NCBI GenBank assembly: GCA_002269645.1
Contig: NIVC01000654.1
Location: forward strand, 367,255-431,254
Length of the DNA stretch: 64,000 bases
Direction: 5' to 3'
Source of the DNA: Macrostomum lignano
Taxonomy: Eukaryota
Both the position numbers and the translations under genes were made by a program. Below the pieces are notes generated by a model. The model did not search any database. It had not been told where the DNA came from and saw only the letters and a list, made by a program, of their open reading frames with translations. This document shows positions 39,901 through 53,520 of the stretch, piece by piece (within the stretch, counting starts at the first letter, position 1; every line of letters begins with the position of its first letter).

Positions 39901-42900
39901 CCTGTCTCTTATCTGTATCTGGTCTGTCTCTTATCTGTATCTGGTCTGTCTCTTATCTGTATCTGGCCTGTCTCTTATCTGTATCTGGCCTGTCTCTTAT
40001 CTGTATCTGGCCTGTCTCTTATCTGTATCTGGTCTGTCTCTTATCTGTATCTGGTCTGTCTCTTATCTGTATCTGGTCTGTCTCTTATCTGTATCTGGTC
40101 TGTCTCTTATCTGTATCTGGCCTGTCTCTTATCTGTATCTGGCCTGTCTCTTATCTGTATCTGGCCTGTCTCTTATCTGTATCTCGCCTGTCTCTTATCT
40201 GTATCTGGTCTGTCTCTTATCTGTATCTGGTCTGTCTCTTATCTGTATCTGGCCTGTCTCTTATCTGTATCTGGCCTGTCTCTTATCTGTATCTGGTCTG
40301 TCTCTTATCTGTATCTGGTCTGTCTCTTATCTGTATCTGGCCTGTCTCTTATCTGTATCTGGTCTGTCTCTTATCTGTATCTGGCCTGTCTCTTATCTGT
40401 ATCTGGCCTGTCTCTTATCTGTATCTGCCTGTCTCTTATCTGTATCTGGCCTGTCTCTTATCTGTATCTGGCCTGTCTCTTATCTGTATCTGGCCTGTCT
40501 CTTATCTGTATCTGGCCTGTCTCTTATCTGTATCTGGCCTGTCTCTTATCTGTATCTGGCCTGTCTCTTATCTGTATCTGGCCTGTCTCTTATCTGTATC
40601 TGGTCTGTCTCTTATCTGTATCTGGCCTGTCTCTTATCTGTATCTGGCCTGTCTCTTATCTGTATCTGGCCTGTCTCTTATCTGTATCTGGCCTGTCTCT
40701 TATCTGTATCTGGCCTGTCTCTTATCTGTATCTGGCCTGTCTCTTATCTGTATCTGGTCTGTCTCTTATCTGTATCTGGTCTGTCTCTTATCTGTATCTG
40801 GCCTGTCTCTTATCTGTATCTGGCCTGTCTCTTATCTGTATCTGGCCTGTGTCTTATCTGTATCTGGCCTGTCTCTTATCTGTATCTGGCCTGTCTCTTA
40901 TCTGTATCTGGCCTGTCTCTTATCTGTATCTGGCCTGTCTCTTATCTGTATCTGGCCTGTCTCTTATCTGTATCTGGCCTGTCTCTTATCTGTATCTGGC
41001 CTGTCTCTTATCTGTATCTGGCCTGTCTCTTATCTGTATCTGGCCTGTCTCTTATCTGTATCTGGCCTGTCTCTTATCTGTATCTGGCCTGTCTCTTATC
41101 TGTATCTGGCCTGTCTCTTATCTGTATCTGGTCTGTCTCTTATCTGTATCTGGTCTGTCTCTTATCTGTATCTGGTCTGTCTCTTATCTGTATCTGGTCT
41201 GTCTCTTATCTGTATCTGGCCTGTCTCTTATCTGTATCTGGCCTGTCTCTTATCTGTATCTGGTCTGTCTCTTATCTGTATCTGGTCTGTCTCTTATCTG
41301 TATCTGGCCTGTCTCTTATCTGTATCTGGCCTGTCTCTTATCTGTATCTGGCCTGTCTCTTATCTGTATCTGGTCTGTCTCTTATCTGTATCTGGTCTGT
41401 CTCTTATCTGTATCTGGTCTGTCTCTTATCTGTATCTGGTCTGTCTCTTATCTGTATCTGGCCTGTCTCTTATCTGTATCTGGCCTGTCTCTTATCTGTA
41501 TCTGGCCTGTCTCTTATCTGTATCTGGCCTGTCTCTTATCTGTATCTGGTCTGTCTCTTATCTGTATCTGGTCTGTCTCTTATCTGTATCTGGCCTGTCT
41601 CTTATCTGTATCTGGCCTGTCTCTTATCTGTATCTGGTCTGTCTCTTATCTGTATCTGGTCTGTCTCTTATCTGTATCTGGCCTGTCTCTTATCTGTATC
41701 TGGTCTGTCTCTTATCTGTATCTGGTCTGTCTCTTATCTGTATCTGGTCTGTCTCTTATCTGTATCTGGCCTGTCTCTTATCTGTATCTGGTCTGTCTCT
41801 TATCTGTATCTGGCCTGTCTCTTATCTGTATCTGGCCTGTCTCTTATCTGTATCTGGCCTGTCTCTTATCTGTATCTGGCCTGTCTCTTATCTGTATCTG
41901 GCCTGTCTCTTATCTTTATCTGGCCTGTCTCTTATCTGTATCTGGCCTGTCTCTTATCTGTATCTGGTCTGTCTCTTATCTGTATCTGGCCTGTCTCTTA
42001 TCTGTATCTGGCCTGTCTCTTATCTGTATCTGGCCTGTCTCTTATCTGTATCTGGCCTGTCTCTTATCTGTATCTGGTCTGTCTCTTATCTGTATCTGGC
42101 CTGTCTCTTATCTGTATCTGGCCTGTCTCTTATCTGTATCTGGCTTGTCTCTTATCTGTATCTGGCCTGTCTCTTATCTGTATCTGGCCTGTCTCTTATC
42201 TGTATCTGGCTTGTCTCTTATCTGTATCTGGCCTGTCTCTTATCTGTATCTGGCCTGTCTCTTATCTGTATCTGGCCTGTCTCTTATCTGTATCTGGCCT
42301 GTCTCTTATCTGTATCTGGCCTGTCTCTTATCTGTATCTGGCCTGTCTCTTATCTGTATCTGGCCTGTCTCTTATCTGTATCTGGCCTGTCTCTTATCTG
42401 TATCTGGCCTGTCTCTTATCTGTATCTGGCCTGTCTCTTATCTGTATCTGGCCTGTCTCTTATCTGTATCTGGCCTGTCTCTTATCTGTATCTGGTCTGT
42501 CTCTTATCTGTATCTGGTCTGTCTCTTATCTGTATCTGGTCTGTCTCTTATCTGTATCTGGTCTGTCTCTTATCTGTATCTGGCCTGTCTCTTATCTGTA
42601 TCTGGCCTGTCTCTTATCTGTATCTGGTCTGTCTCTTATCTGTATCTGGTCTGTCTCTTATCTGTATCTGGCCTGTCTCTTATCTGTATCTGGCCTGTCT
42701 CTTATCTGTATCTGGCCTGTCTCTTATCTGTATCTGGTCTGTCTCTTATCTGTATCTGGCCTGTCTCTTATCTGTATCTGGTCTGTCTCTTATCTGTATC
42801 TGGCCTGTCTCTTATCTGTATCTGGCCTGTCTCTTATCTGTATCTGGCCTGTCTCTTATCTGTATCTGGCCTGTCTCTTATCTGTATCTGGTCTGTCTCT

Positions 42901-43490
42901 TATCTGTATCTGGTCTGTCTCTTATCTGTATCTGGCCTGTCTCTTATCTGTATCTGGCCTGTCTCTTATCTGTATCTGGTCTGTCTCTTATCTGTATCTG
43001 GTCTGTCTCTTATCTGTATCTGGCCTGTCTCTTATCTGTATCTGGTCTGTCTCTTATCTGTATCTGGTCTGTCTCTTATCTGTATCTGGTCTGTCTCTTA
43101 TCTGTATCTGGCCTGTCTCTTATCTGTATCTGGTCTGTCTCTTATCTGTATCTGGCCTGTCTCTTATCTGTATCTGGCCTGTCTCTTATCTGTATCTGGT
43201 CTGTCTCTTATCTGTATCTGGTCTGTCTCTTATCTGTATCTGGCCTGTCTCTTATCTGTATCTGGCCTGTCTCTTATCTGTATCTGGCCTGTCTCTTATC
43301 TGTATCTGGCCTGTCTCTTATCTGTATCTGGTCTGTCTCTTATCTGTATCTGGCCTGTCTCTTATCTGTATCTGGTCTGTCTCTTATCTGTATCTGGCCT
43401 GTCTCTTATCTGTATCTGGCCTGTCTCTTATCTGTATCTGGCCTGTCTCTTATCTGTATCTGGCCTGTCTCTTATCTCTTTTTGGCCTGT
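36990..43490. repeat. 6.5-kb satellite of a 22-bp unit (ctgg(c/t)ctgtctcttatctgtat), about 295 copies
   Basis: Direct reading. All three plus frames are open because the unit has no stop codon. Confidence 0.99.
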
Positions 43491-43736
43491 GTTTTATCTC
43501 TATGCATGTTAAATCGCTTTTTGTTGATCTATATTTATATACTATTAAATGCTACTGTAATATTTACTCACTCGCCCTACTAGATAAAGCTAGACTAGAT
43601 AAAGCTGTAGGGTACTATGCCCGAATTGAAATATCCGCTCATAAATCAAGATCATAAAAAATTTTAGTCTGATATGCAGTTAGTACAATTATAATAATGC
43701 ATTTATTATATACCTTAGTTTCAGCCCAACGCTTCG

Positions 43737-43932
43737 ATGTCAACCCAGCCGTTAGTCCTAATTATCGAGCCATTTTACGGCGGCTCGCATCGGCAGCTAA
43801 TTGACTACCTGACTGGGGAGATTCTGCCGCCAGGCTGCTGGCATCTGGTTGCCATGACGGCTAAGAAGTGGCACTGGCGAGCCAGGTGCTCCGCGCTGCA
43901 CGTGGCACAACAGGTGGCCGAGGCTGCCAAGG
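43737..43932 (+). CDS. GTDC1: GTDC1 (queuosine-tRNA mannosyltransferase, QTMAN) exon 1
   Basis: VLIIEPFYGGSHRQLID...AKKWHWRARCSAL matches the GTDC1 N-terminus. Donor AAGG|GTGAGC, phase 1. Confidence 0.92.
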
Positions 43933-43949
43933 GTGAGCGGCTCCGTGTT

Positions 43950-44485
43950 GGAATCAGTGTGGTCTCTGAGCAGTTTTGTGGGATCAGTGTGGTCTCTGAG
44001 CAGTTTTGTGGGATCAGTGTGGTCTCTGAGCAGTTTTGTGGGATCAGTGTGGTCTCTGAGCAGTTTTGTGGGATCAGTGTGGTCTCTGAGCAGTTTTGTG
44101 GGATCAGTTTGTTGTCTGAGCAGTTTTGTGGGATCAGTGTGGTCTCTGAGCAGTTTTGTGGGATCAGTGTGTTGTCTGAGCAGTTTTGTGGGATCAGTGT
44201 GGTCTCTTAGCAGTTTTGTGGGATCAGTGTGGTCTCTGAGCAGTTTTGTGGGATCAGTTTGTTGTCTGAGCAGTTTTGTGGGATCAGTGTGGTCTCTGAG
44301 CAGTTTTGTGGGATCAGTGTGTTGTCTGAGCAGTTTTGTGGGATCAGTGTGGTCTCTGAGCAGTTTTGTGGGATCAGTGTGGTGTTTGAGCAGTTTTGTG
44401 GAATCAGTGTGGTGTTTGAGCAGTTTTGTGGGATCAGTGTGGTCTCTGAGCAGTTTTGTGGGATCAGTGTGGTGTTTGAGCAGTT
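43950..44485. repeat. Intronic 30-bp minisatellite (ggatcagtgtggtctctgagcagttttgtg)
   Basis: Visible periodicity. Confidence 0.97.
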
Positions 44486-45944
44486 TAGTTCGTATTCAGT
44501 GAGTAAGTTTATGGCTGTAGCACTTTTGCACTGCATTTGAACCTTTGGGTCGTAGCCCTATACTGACTCCTACGCAAGTGCCGTATGAGATAATCTGCTT
44601 TAGGGATTGCCAGCAAGACGGTAACTGTCTTTGTGCATATCAAGGTCAATGGACAATGTAATGGTTTGAGCATTCCTTAGATTAGCTGTGTTAATTCCAT
44701 TGTTGTGGCTGTTTCTTCTTCCTTGTCTTATATTGTTTTTGTAATGTTTTGTTCACTAAGTTTATAGCTGGCTGGGGTCGTTGCATTACAGGCGCCGAAA
44801 ATCAGGAACTAGTTTTACATTCTGGTGTAAATGGTGCTCATATTAATCCTAATGGCACTAATTATGATCCTAATTTAGCTAATGTCTATCATCATTATAT
44901 CTAATATGGATCCTAATATCTCTAATATTGATCCTAAGACACTAATATTGGTCCTAATAATATCTCTAATACTTTATCCTTATAACACTAGTATTGATCC
45001 TAAGGGCTGGAATATTGATCCTAATAACATTAATAGTGTTCCTAATAACGATAGTAACTGATCCCAATGGTGCTAACACTGATCCCAACTACACTGCACT
45101 CTATCGCACACACAGTGTTTAATTTTGTAAAGAACTGGTTCGTATCGGTTAGCTAAGTAGAACTATAATCTATACAAACTGTTGCCAGCTGTCTTTAAAT
45201 TCCATTTTATAGGAATCGATCAATTTTTAATGATTTTAGTAGCGATATTTTATTATTAAAAGATCTGTTTCATCATGATTGTACTAATAGTAGAAAATTG
45301 TGTTTAAATTTGCTAGTTTTAAAAAATGGCCTAAATTCGAGCTTTAAAATCCACGCCCAGCGCAGCAGTTTAAATATCAGTTTTGAGTTGCTGCTGTTAG
45401 TAACAAATACGCTTTTTATTGTTAAATTGCGCACTGATTCTTAATTTCTCTGTCTTAAACCACAGATACTAGAATAACCAGTTGGGCCACTCAGCACATT
45501 TGCGTGTAAGCTACTTTCAGTTCAGTAGCAAGTTAAACGGAAGCATTTTTAAAGCCAAGGTTCATTTATTGGCTCGACTTACCCCCAAGCTTAAACTTCC
45601 AACCACGCCTTCCCACACTACCCCCTTCCCCTCGCCCGCCCTGCCCCGCCCCGCCCCGCCCCAATTTTTAGTGCCTGTCTCGGAATATCAGCCTAAAGCT
45701 GCCATGTACATTTCAGTGGACTGGCTAATGTACATCACTGCCGAACCAATTAGCAAGCTGTTTACGCCTGCAAGCTTGGGCTTCTAAACTTATCAAAGTC
45801 ATTTCAGCTGCCTTTTTTATAAAATAGCTTATGTATTCTTCTTTGCTACTGAACTGAAAGTAGAAAGCTGTTTTACTAAGTATATATGCCTGAGTGGCCT
45901 ATCTAGTTACTTTAGTATCTGTTGTCTAAACATAAAATTTTCAG

Positions 45945-47083
45945 ACAAGCAGTTTAGTCACCTGTTCTGCAGCAGCGTGCTCAGCCTAGCCGAACTAGTG
46001 GGTCTCTGTCCGTGTCTGGCAGCTACAAAGAAATTAGTTTATTTTCACGAGAACCAGCTGGTCTATCCGGTTAGAAAGATGCGAGGCGAAAGAGATTTCC
46101 AGTATGGCTACAATCAGATACTCACCGCACTGGCCGCCGACCTTGTGCTGTTCAACTCCCGGCACAATATGGATACTTTTTTGCACGGTATCGATTCATT
46201 TCTCAATGCTATGCCCGACTACAGAACTCGCGGTCTGGGTACTGGGATTGCTGCTAAGTCTCAGATATTATACCTGCCTATTGTTCCGCTGGCTAGCCTT
46301 GCTGATGGCCAGCTGGAACCGAAGAGGTCGCGGATTTCTGCTCAGAAACAAGATCTAGACGCTCAGCACCAAAGTCTAGATGCTCAGCAACATGGTCTAT
46401 GCACTCAGCAACAAGATCTAGACACTCAGAAACAACGTAGCATCCAACGGCAACAACAACCTCAAGAACTGGAGGCTCTCCAGCAGCCACCATCGGACAC
46501 TGAGCTCTATCCTTCATTCCTTCAGTCCCCATCCAATCAGCTAGACAATCGGCTTTTAATTCTTTGGCCGCATCGTTGGGAGCACGACAAGAATCCCGAC
46601 TCATTTTTTACCGCCATATTCGCTCTGGCCGACTCGGGCGAAACAAATTTTGCTCTGTGCATCCTCGGACAGTCGTTTGCCGGACCGCCTCCGCCAGCCT
46701 TTGAGGCGGCTAAGAAGCGCCTTCCATCCGATCAGATCGCACACTGGGGCTACTTAGAGAATCGCCAAGCCTATTTAGCCTGCCTGTCAGCCTGTCACGT
46801 AGTTGTGTCCACTGCCGAACACGAATTCTTTGGTTTAGCCATGCTCGAAGCCACATCGGCCGGTTGCTACCCGCTCGCTCCGCGTCGTCTCGCTTATCCG
46901 GAACTGTTCCCGTCGGATTGTTTGTACAACACTGACGCTCAGTTGGTTAAACGATTGCGTTGGCTGTGCCGCGGTGGGCCAGGGCTGGCCAGACGGCTAC
47001 GAGCTGAGGGCGATTTTCAAACGCGTTTGGACAGGTTAAAACCGGAGGCGTTGCGTGACAGCTATGCGCAACTTTTCGCTTGA
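45945..47083 (+). CDS. GTDC1: GTDC1 exon 2 (GT-B glycosyltransferase; 444 aa in total)
   Basis: Acceptor ttttcag|AC restores frame. KKLVYFHENQLVYPV, ERDFQYGYNQIL, WPHRWEHDKNP, STAEHEFFGLAMLEA, LAYPELFP. Confidence 0.93.
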
Positions 47084-47096
47084 ATAGAGTTGTCTG

Positions 47097-48250
47097 CGAG
47101 ACACTTCTAGGAGCATTTCTAGAGGCACTTTTAGAGGCATTTCTAGAGACACTTCTAGGGGCATTTCTAGAGACACTTCTAGGGGCATTTCTAGAGACAC
47201 TTTAGGGGCATCTCTAGAGACACTTCTAGGGGCATTTCTAGAGACACTTTAGGGGCATCTCTAGAGACACTTTAGGGGCATCTCTAGAGACACTTCTAGG
47301 GGCATTTCTAGAGACACTTTAGGGGCATCTCTAGAGACACTTTAGGGGCATTTCTAGAGACACTTCTAGGGGCATTTCTAGAGACACTTTAGGGGCATCT
47401 CTAGAGACACTTCTAGGGGCATTTCTAGAGACACTTCTAGGGGCATTTCTAGAGACACTTTAGGGGCATTTCTAGAGACACTTCTAGGGGCATTTCTAGA
47501 GGCACTTTTAGAGGCATTTCTAGAGACACTTCTAGGGGCATTTCTAGAGACACTTCTAGGGGCATTTCTAGAGACACTTTAGGGGCATCTCTAGAGACAC
47601 TTCTAGGGGCATTTCTAGAGACACTTCTAGGGGCATTTCTAGAGACACTTCTAGGGGCATTTCTAGAGACACTTCTAGGGGCATTTCTAGAGACACTTCT
47701 AGGGGCATTTCTAGAGACACTTTAGGGGCATTTCTAGAGACACTTCTAGGGGCATTTCTAGAGGCACTTTTAGAGGCATTTCTAGAGACACTTCTAGGGG
47801 CATTTCTAGAGACACTTTAGGGGCATTTCTAGAGACACTTCTAGGGGCATTTCTAGAGACACTTCTAGGGGCATTTCTAGAGACACTTTAGGGGCATTTC
47901 TAGAGACACTTTAGGGGCATTTCTAGAGACACTTCTAGGGGCATTTCTAGAGACACTTCTAGGGGCATTTCTAGAGACACTTTAGGGGCATTTCTAGAGA
48001 CACTTCTAGGGGCATTTCTAGAGACACTTCTAGGGCATTTCTAGAGACACTTCTAGGGGCATTTCTAGAGACACTTCTAGGGGCATTTCTAGAGACACTT
48101 CTAGGGGCATTTCTAGAGACACTTCTAGGGGCATTTCTAGAGACACTTCTAGGGGCATTTCTAGAGACACTTCTAGAGGCACTCCTAGAGACAATTCTAG
48201 GGGCACTTCTACTGGAGGCACTTTTAGAGGCACTTCTAGAGGCACTGCTA
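47097..48250. repeat. 24-bp minisatellite (ctagagacacttctaggggcattt) made of two related 12-mers, starting just after the GTDC1 stop
   Basis: Visible periodicity. Confidence 0.97.
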
Positions 48251-48649
48251 GAGACTGTTCTAACTTTTGTAATTGACATTCTAGTACCAGTTTGCGTTTC
48301 TAACCCAGCGTTTCTAATGGTATTTTAATAGCATAGCAAACACATTATCTTGTGTCTGTATTTGTATTGTAGCTTATGTTTCATTTGTTTACAATTCATT
48401 TTATACATCTCATAAGCATCAGATAGATAGTACTTACGGACTACTGGAATGTCAAAAGGACAACTGTTACGTCACCAAGCTACCATACAGTGATCCTTGG
48501 CTGTGCACTGTATGCAGAAGCATAAATATATATATATTGTCTGATGAAAAAATGTTAAATTGTTTATCTTTATCTTATATTGCTTATCTATTCCTTAATA
48601 AGGTAAACGGGTAGGCACTAAGGGAAACAGACACTAAGATAGACGGACA

Positions 48650-48704
48650 CCAATACAAACAGACAGTAAGACAGACAAACAGACAGACAGACAGTAAGAC
48701 AGAC

Positions 48705-48765
<61 letters not shown>

Positions 48766-48786
48766 GGCAGACAGACAGACAGTAAC

Positions 48787-48817
<31 letters not shown>

Positions 48818-48878
48818 GTAACACAGACAGACAGACAGACAGTAAGACAAACAGACAGACAGACAGACACTCTGACAG

Positions 48879-48957
<79 letters not shown>

Positions 48958-49046
48958 CTCTGACAGACAGACAGACACTCAGACAGACAGACAGACAGAC
49001 AGACAGACAGTAAGACAAACAGACAGACAGACAGACACTCTGACAG

Positions 49047-49101
<55 letters not shown>

Positions 49102-49104
49102 GTA

Positions 49105-49169
<65 letters not shown>

Positions 49170-49172
49170 GTA

Positions 49173-49225
<53 letters not shown>

Positions 49226-49262
49226 GTAAGACAAACAGACAGACAGACAGACACTCTGACAG

Positions 49263-49345
<83 letters not shown>

Positions 49346-49426
49346 CTCTGACAGACAGACAGACACTCAGACAGACAGACAGACAGACAGTAAGACAAAC
49401 AGACAGACAGACAGACACTCTGACAG

Positions 49427-49485
<59 letters not shown>

Positions 49486-49488
49486 GTA

Positions 49489-49573
<85 letters not shown>

Positions 49574-49610
49574 GTAAGACAAACAGACAGACAGACAGAC
49601 ACTCTGACAG

Positions 49611-49665
<55 letters not shown>
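48650..49665. repeat. (GACA)n microsatellite, about 1 kb
   Basis: Direct reading. Confidence 0.99.
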
Positions 49666-49714
49666 GGATACATCTGTTGTGAATTCGCTAACAATTCCAG
49701 CGCAGTCAGCCGCC

Positions 49715-50057
49715 ATGCACAGCGGCTCCATCAGCCACCGCAAATGTCTGCACAAACCCAGCTGGCCCGAACGGCCGGACAATTTTACTGGCGACGATTT
49801 CTTAGAAGATTTGAAACGCAATCTCTACGTTAAGCGGCACTCTCTACTAACAGTAGTTGTAGCCACTGGTCGAGTGTTTCAACATTTCTGCAGTCTGTGC
49901 TTGTTTGTACAGGCCTACTGCCTGATGCTGCAGGGCACTCTGGCTCCGGAGACGGTCCTGTTTGGGTTGGGGATGCTGGCGCCTCCGCTGTACCTGGCCT
50001 ATCTGTTCTGCGCGTCTGGCAGCGCTGACAAATCCGATCTGTCACCTATGCGAACTG
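49715..50057 (+). CDS. PIGC: PIGC (GPI-GlcNAc transferase subunit C) exon 1
   Basis: RPDNFTGDDFLEDLKRN...FQHFCSLCLF resembles PIGC PDNYVDRRFLEELRKN. Donor CTG|GTGATT, phase 1. Confidence 0.88.
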
Positions 50058-50099
50058 GTGATTTATGACGCACTGGAAACCGGGACACTGAAATGCAAA

Positions 50100-50350
50100 A
50101 ACTACATGACACAAAGACTGCATGACACAAAGACTGCATGACACAAAGATGCATGACACAAAGACTGCGTGACACAAAGACGCATGACACAAAGACGCAT
50201 GACACAAAGACTGCTTGAGACAAGGAATGCATGACACAAAGACTGCTTGAGACAAGGAATGCATGACACAAAGACTGCTTGAGACAAGGAATGCATGACA
50301 CAAAGACTGCATGCCACTATGAGCTATGTTGCAAAGACTGCATGACACTA
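50100..50350. repeat. 16-bp minisatellite (atgacacaaagactgc) in PIGC intron 1
   Basis: Visible periodicity. Confidence 0.9.
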
Positions 50351-50436
50351 TGAGCGTGTGCGTGCTCTGTGTTCAGCGGAACTGGGCATGAATATTTCGG
50401 GTTTTTAATAAATATTAATTAACAATAACACTTCAG

Positions 50437-50605
50437 CATTCGGCCACTGCCGCCTACTGCTGGTGCTCACCGCCTTCACCCTGATGTGGTCGCCGCTATT
50501 GAAGAGCCTCACCGCCACAATCAGTACCGATACAATTCACGCTATGACAGCATTTTTTCTCACAGCCAACCTGCTTTTCCACGACTATGGCGGCTCAGCA
50601 GCAAT
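50437..50605 (+). CDS. PIGC: PIGC exon 2
   Basis: Acceptor cttcag|. WSPLLKSLTATISTDTIHAM...LLFHDYG. Donor AAT|GTGAGT, phase 2. Confidence 0.92.
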
Positions 50606-50699
50606 GTGAGTTGCGTAGTGAATACAGGGCTAGCGTCCACTCCATACTACTCACTATACTTATTCTTACTACTCATACTACTTAAGAGAAGACCATGTG

Positions 50700-52035
50700 G
50701 CACTAACACCCTATGACACTTAAACCCTATGATACTAATACCTTATGACACTAAGACCCTATGACACTTGGATCCTATGGCACTTAGACCCTAAGACCTA
50801 AAGACTCTATGACACGTATACCTTATGACCCTAAGACCCTAAGACACTAATACCCTGTAACACTTGGACCCTATGACACTAATACCCTGTAACACTTGGA
50901 CCCTATGACACTTAGACCCTATGACACTAATACCCTGTAACACTTGGACCCTATGACACTTAGACCCTATGACACTAATACCCTGTAACACTTGGACCCT
51001 ATGACACTAATACCCTTTAACACTTGGACCCTATGATACTAATACCCTGTAACACTTGGACCCTATGACACGAATACCCTGTAACACTTGGACCCTATGA
51101 CACGTATAACTTATGACCCTAAGACCCTAAGACACTAATACCCTGTAACACTTGGACCCTATGACACTTAGACCCTATGACACTAATACCCTGTAACACT
51201 TGGACCCTATGACACTAATACCCTTTAACACTTGGACCCTATGACACTAATACCCTGTAACACTTGGACCCTATGACACTTAGACCCTATGACACTAATA
51301 CCCTGTAACACTTGGACCCTATGACACTTAGACCCTATGACACTAATACCCTGTAACACTTGGACCCTATGACACTAATACCCTTTAACACTTGGACCCT
51401 ATGATACTAATACCCTGTAACACTTGGACCCTATGACACAAATACCCTGTAACACTTGGACCCTATGACACGTATAACTTATGACCCTAAGACCCTAAGA
51501 CACTAATACCCTGTAACACTTGGACCCTATGACACTTAGACCCTATGACACTAATACCCTGTAACACTTGGACCCTATGACACTAATACCCTTTAACACT
51601 TGGACCCTATGATACTAATACCCTGTAACACTTGGACCCTATGACACTAATACCCTGTAACACTTGGACCCTATGACACTAATACCCTGTAACACTTGGA
51701 CCCTATGACACTAATACCCTGTAACACTTGGACCCTATGACACTAATACCCTGTAACACTTGGACCCTATGACACTAATACCCTGTAACACTTGGACCCT
51801 ATGACACTAATACCCTGTAACACTTGGACCCTATGACACTAATACCCTGTAACACTTGGACCCTATGACACTAATACCCTGTAACACTTGGACCCTATGA
51901 TGCTAATACCCTGTAACACTTGGACCCTATGACACTAATACCCTGTAACACTTGGACCCTATGATGCTAATACCCTGTAACACTTGGACCCTATGACACT
52001 AATACCCTGTAACACTTGGACCCTATGATGCTAAG
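50700..52035. repeat. 32-bp minisatellite (ccctatgacactaataccctgtaacacttgga) in PIGC intron 2
   Basis: Visible periodicity. Confidence 0.96.
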
Positions 52036-52157
52036 ACACGTAGAAAGTAATACAATTTGACCCTCTGACGCACTTTAATTTAACAATCAATTGAATATAA
52101 AGCGCCCAATGAGCCGATATGTATCAAAAACAACAATAAAACTCGCACGCCCGCCAG

Positions 52158-52527
52158 AGTATCGAAATCGTTCTCCCTAAACTCGGCCGTATTCGCCGCA
52201 ATCTGCCTGGCCTCCCGCCTGCCCAGCTCGCTGCACACGTTCACCACAGTGGAGCTCGCCCTGTTCGTCTTCGCCTTCTGGCCGGAGCTGCGCCGGAACA
52301 TGTCTGTCGGTCTGCACTCGCCATTCCAGCCCGTATTGAGTCTGGGCCTGACATTTCTGCTCAATCTGGCTGCTCAATGCGCCATGTGCTTCATCTCAAT
52401 GCCGGCAGCGTGCTGCTTCCTTCTATTGAGCTGCTTCATCATGCTAATCTGCCCAATTATGTTTGTTGCTATGCAGGCTCAGAAGAACAATATTCACGGA
52501 CCCTGGGACGAGGCGGTGATTCATTGA
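52158..52527 (+). CDS. PIGC: PIGC exon 3 (293 aa in total)
   Basis: Acceptor ccgccag|A. VSKSFSLNSAVFAAICLASRLPS and the C-terminal KNNIHGPWDEA motif. AATAAA near 52679. Confidence 0.93.
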
Positions 52528-52819
52528 GTTCTAGAATCATTTCTGCAATACTAATTATTACTGTCTGTAATACATATATAATATCTCTTAAAGCTCATCA
52601 TTATTGTATTTTCTATTTTCTGTTCACTGTATGTTTTTTTCTGTAACTAAAAGACATTCTGTTTTGTACCATTTAAAAAATAAAGTAATGCTGTGTTTCT
52701 AAGAATGATATCTTTACGCTTTTTACCTGCATTTTTACTTGTCTTACTTTGAATTCAAAACAAGTTAATTACTTTTTTGTTATTTAAATTGGTCGATATT
52801 CCAGTAGAGGGTGGATTAC

Positions 52820-53520
52820 TATAGTCTATGGCTTCAACTGCATACTGAGAGTGAATTGCAATAGTCTATGGCTTCAACTTCTAGCTGAAAGTGAATTGCA
52901 ATAGTTTATGGCTTCAACTGCATACTGAGAGTGAATTGCAATAATCTATGGCTTCAACTGCATGCTGAGAGTGAATTGCAATAGTTTATGGCTTCAAATG
53001 CATGCTGAGAGTGAATTGCAATAATCTATGGCTTCAACTGCATACTGAGAGTGAATTGCAATAATCTATGGCTTCAACTGCATGCTGAGAGTGAATTGCA
53101 ATAGTTTATGGCTTCAAATGCATACTGAGAGTTAATTGAAATAGTCTATGGCTTAAACTGCATACTGAGAGTGAATTGCAATAGTCTATGGCTTCAACTG
53201 CATGCTGAGAGTGAATTGAAATAGTCTGGCTTCAACTTCTAGTTGAGAGTGAATTGCAATGGTCTATGGCTTCAACTGCATACTGAGAGTGAATTGCAAT
53301 TGTCTATGGCTTCAACTGCATACTGAAAGTGAATTGCAATAGTTTATAGCTTCAACTGCATGCTGAGAGTGAATTGCAATAGTTTATGGCTTCAAATGCA
53401 TGCTGAGAGTTAATTTCAATAATCTATGGCTTCAACTGCATACTGAGAGTGAATTGCAATAGTTTATGGCTTCAAATGCATGCTGAGAGGTAATTGAAAT
53501 AGTCTATGGCTTAAACTTCA
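52820..53520. repeat. 40-bp minisatellite (atagtctatggcttcaactgcatactgagagtgaattgca), about 17 copies
   Basis: Visible periodicity. Confidence 0.95.

Noticed and set aside
36971-43657. 2228-, 2024- and 1770-aa ORFs (SGLSLICIWPVSYLYLACLLSV repeats)
   Set aside because: All three frames are open only because the 22-bp satellite unit lacks stop codons. No coding signature.
43950-53520. 30-40 bp regularly spaced repeats resembling CRISPR arrays
   Set aside because: Head-to-tail units with no unique spacers, no cas genes, and a eukaryotic intron context.
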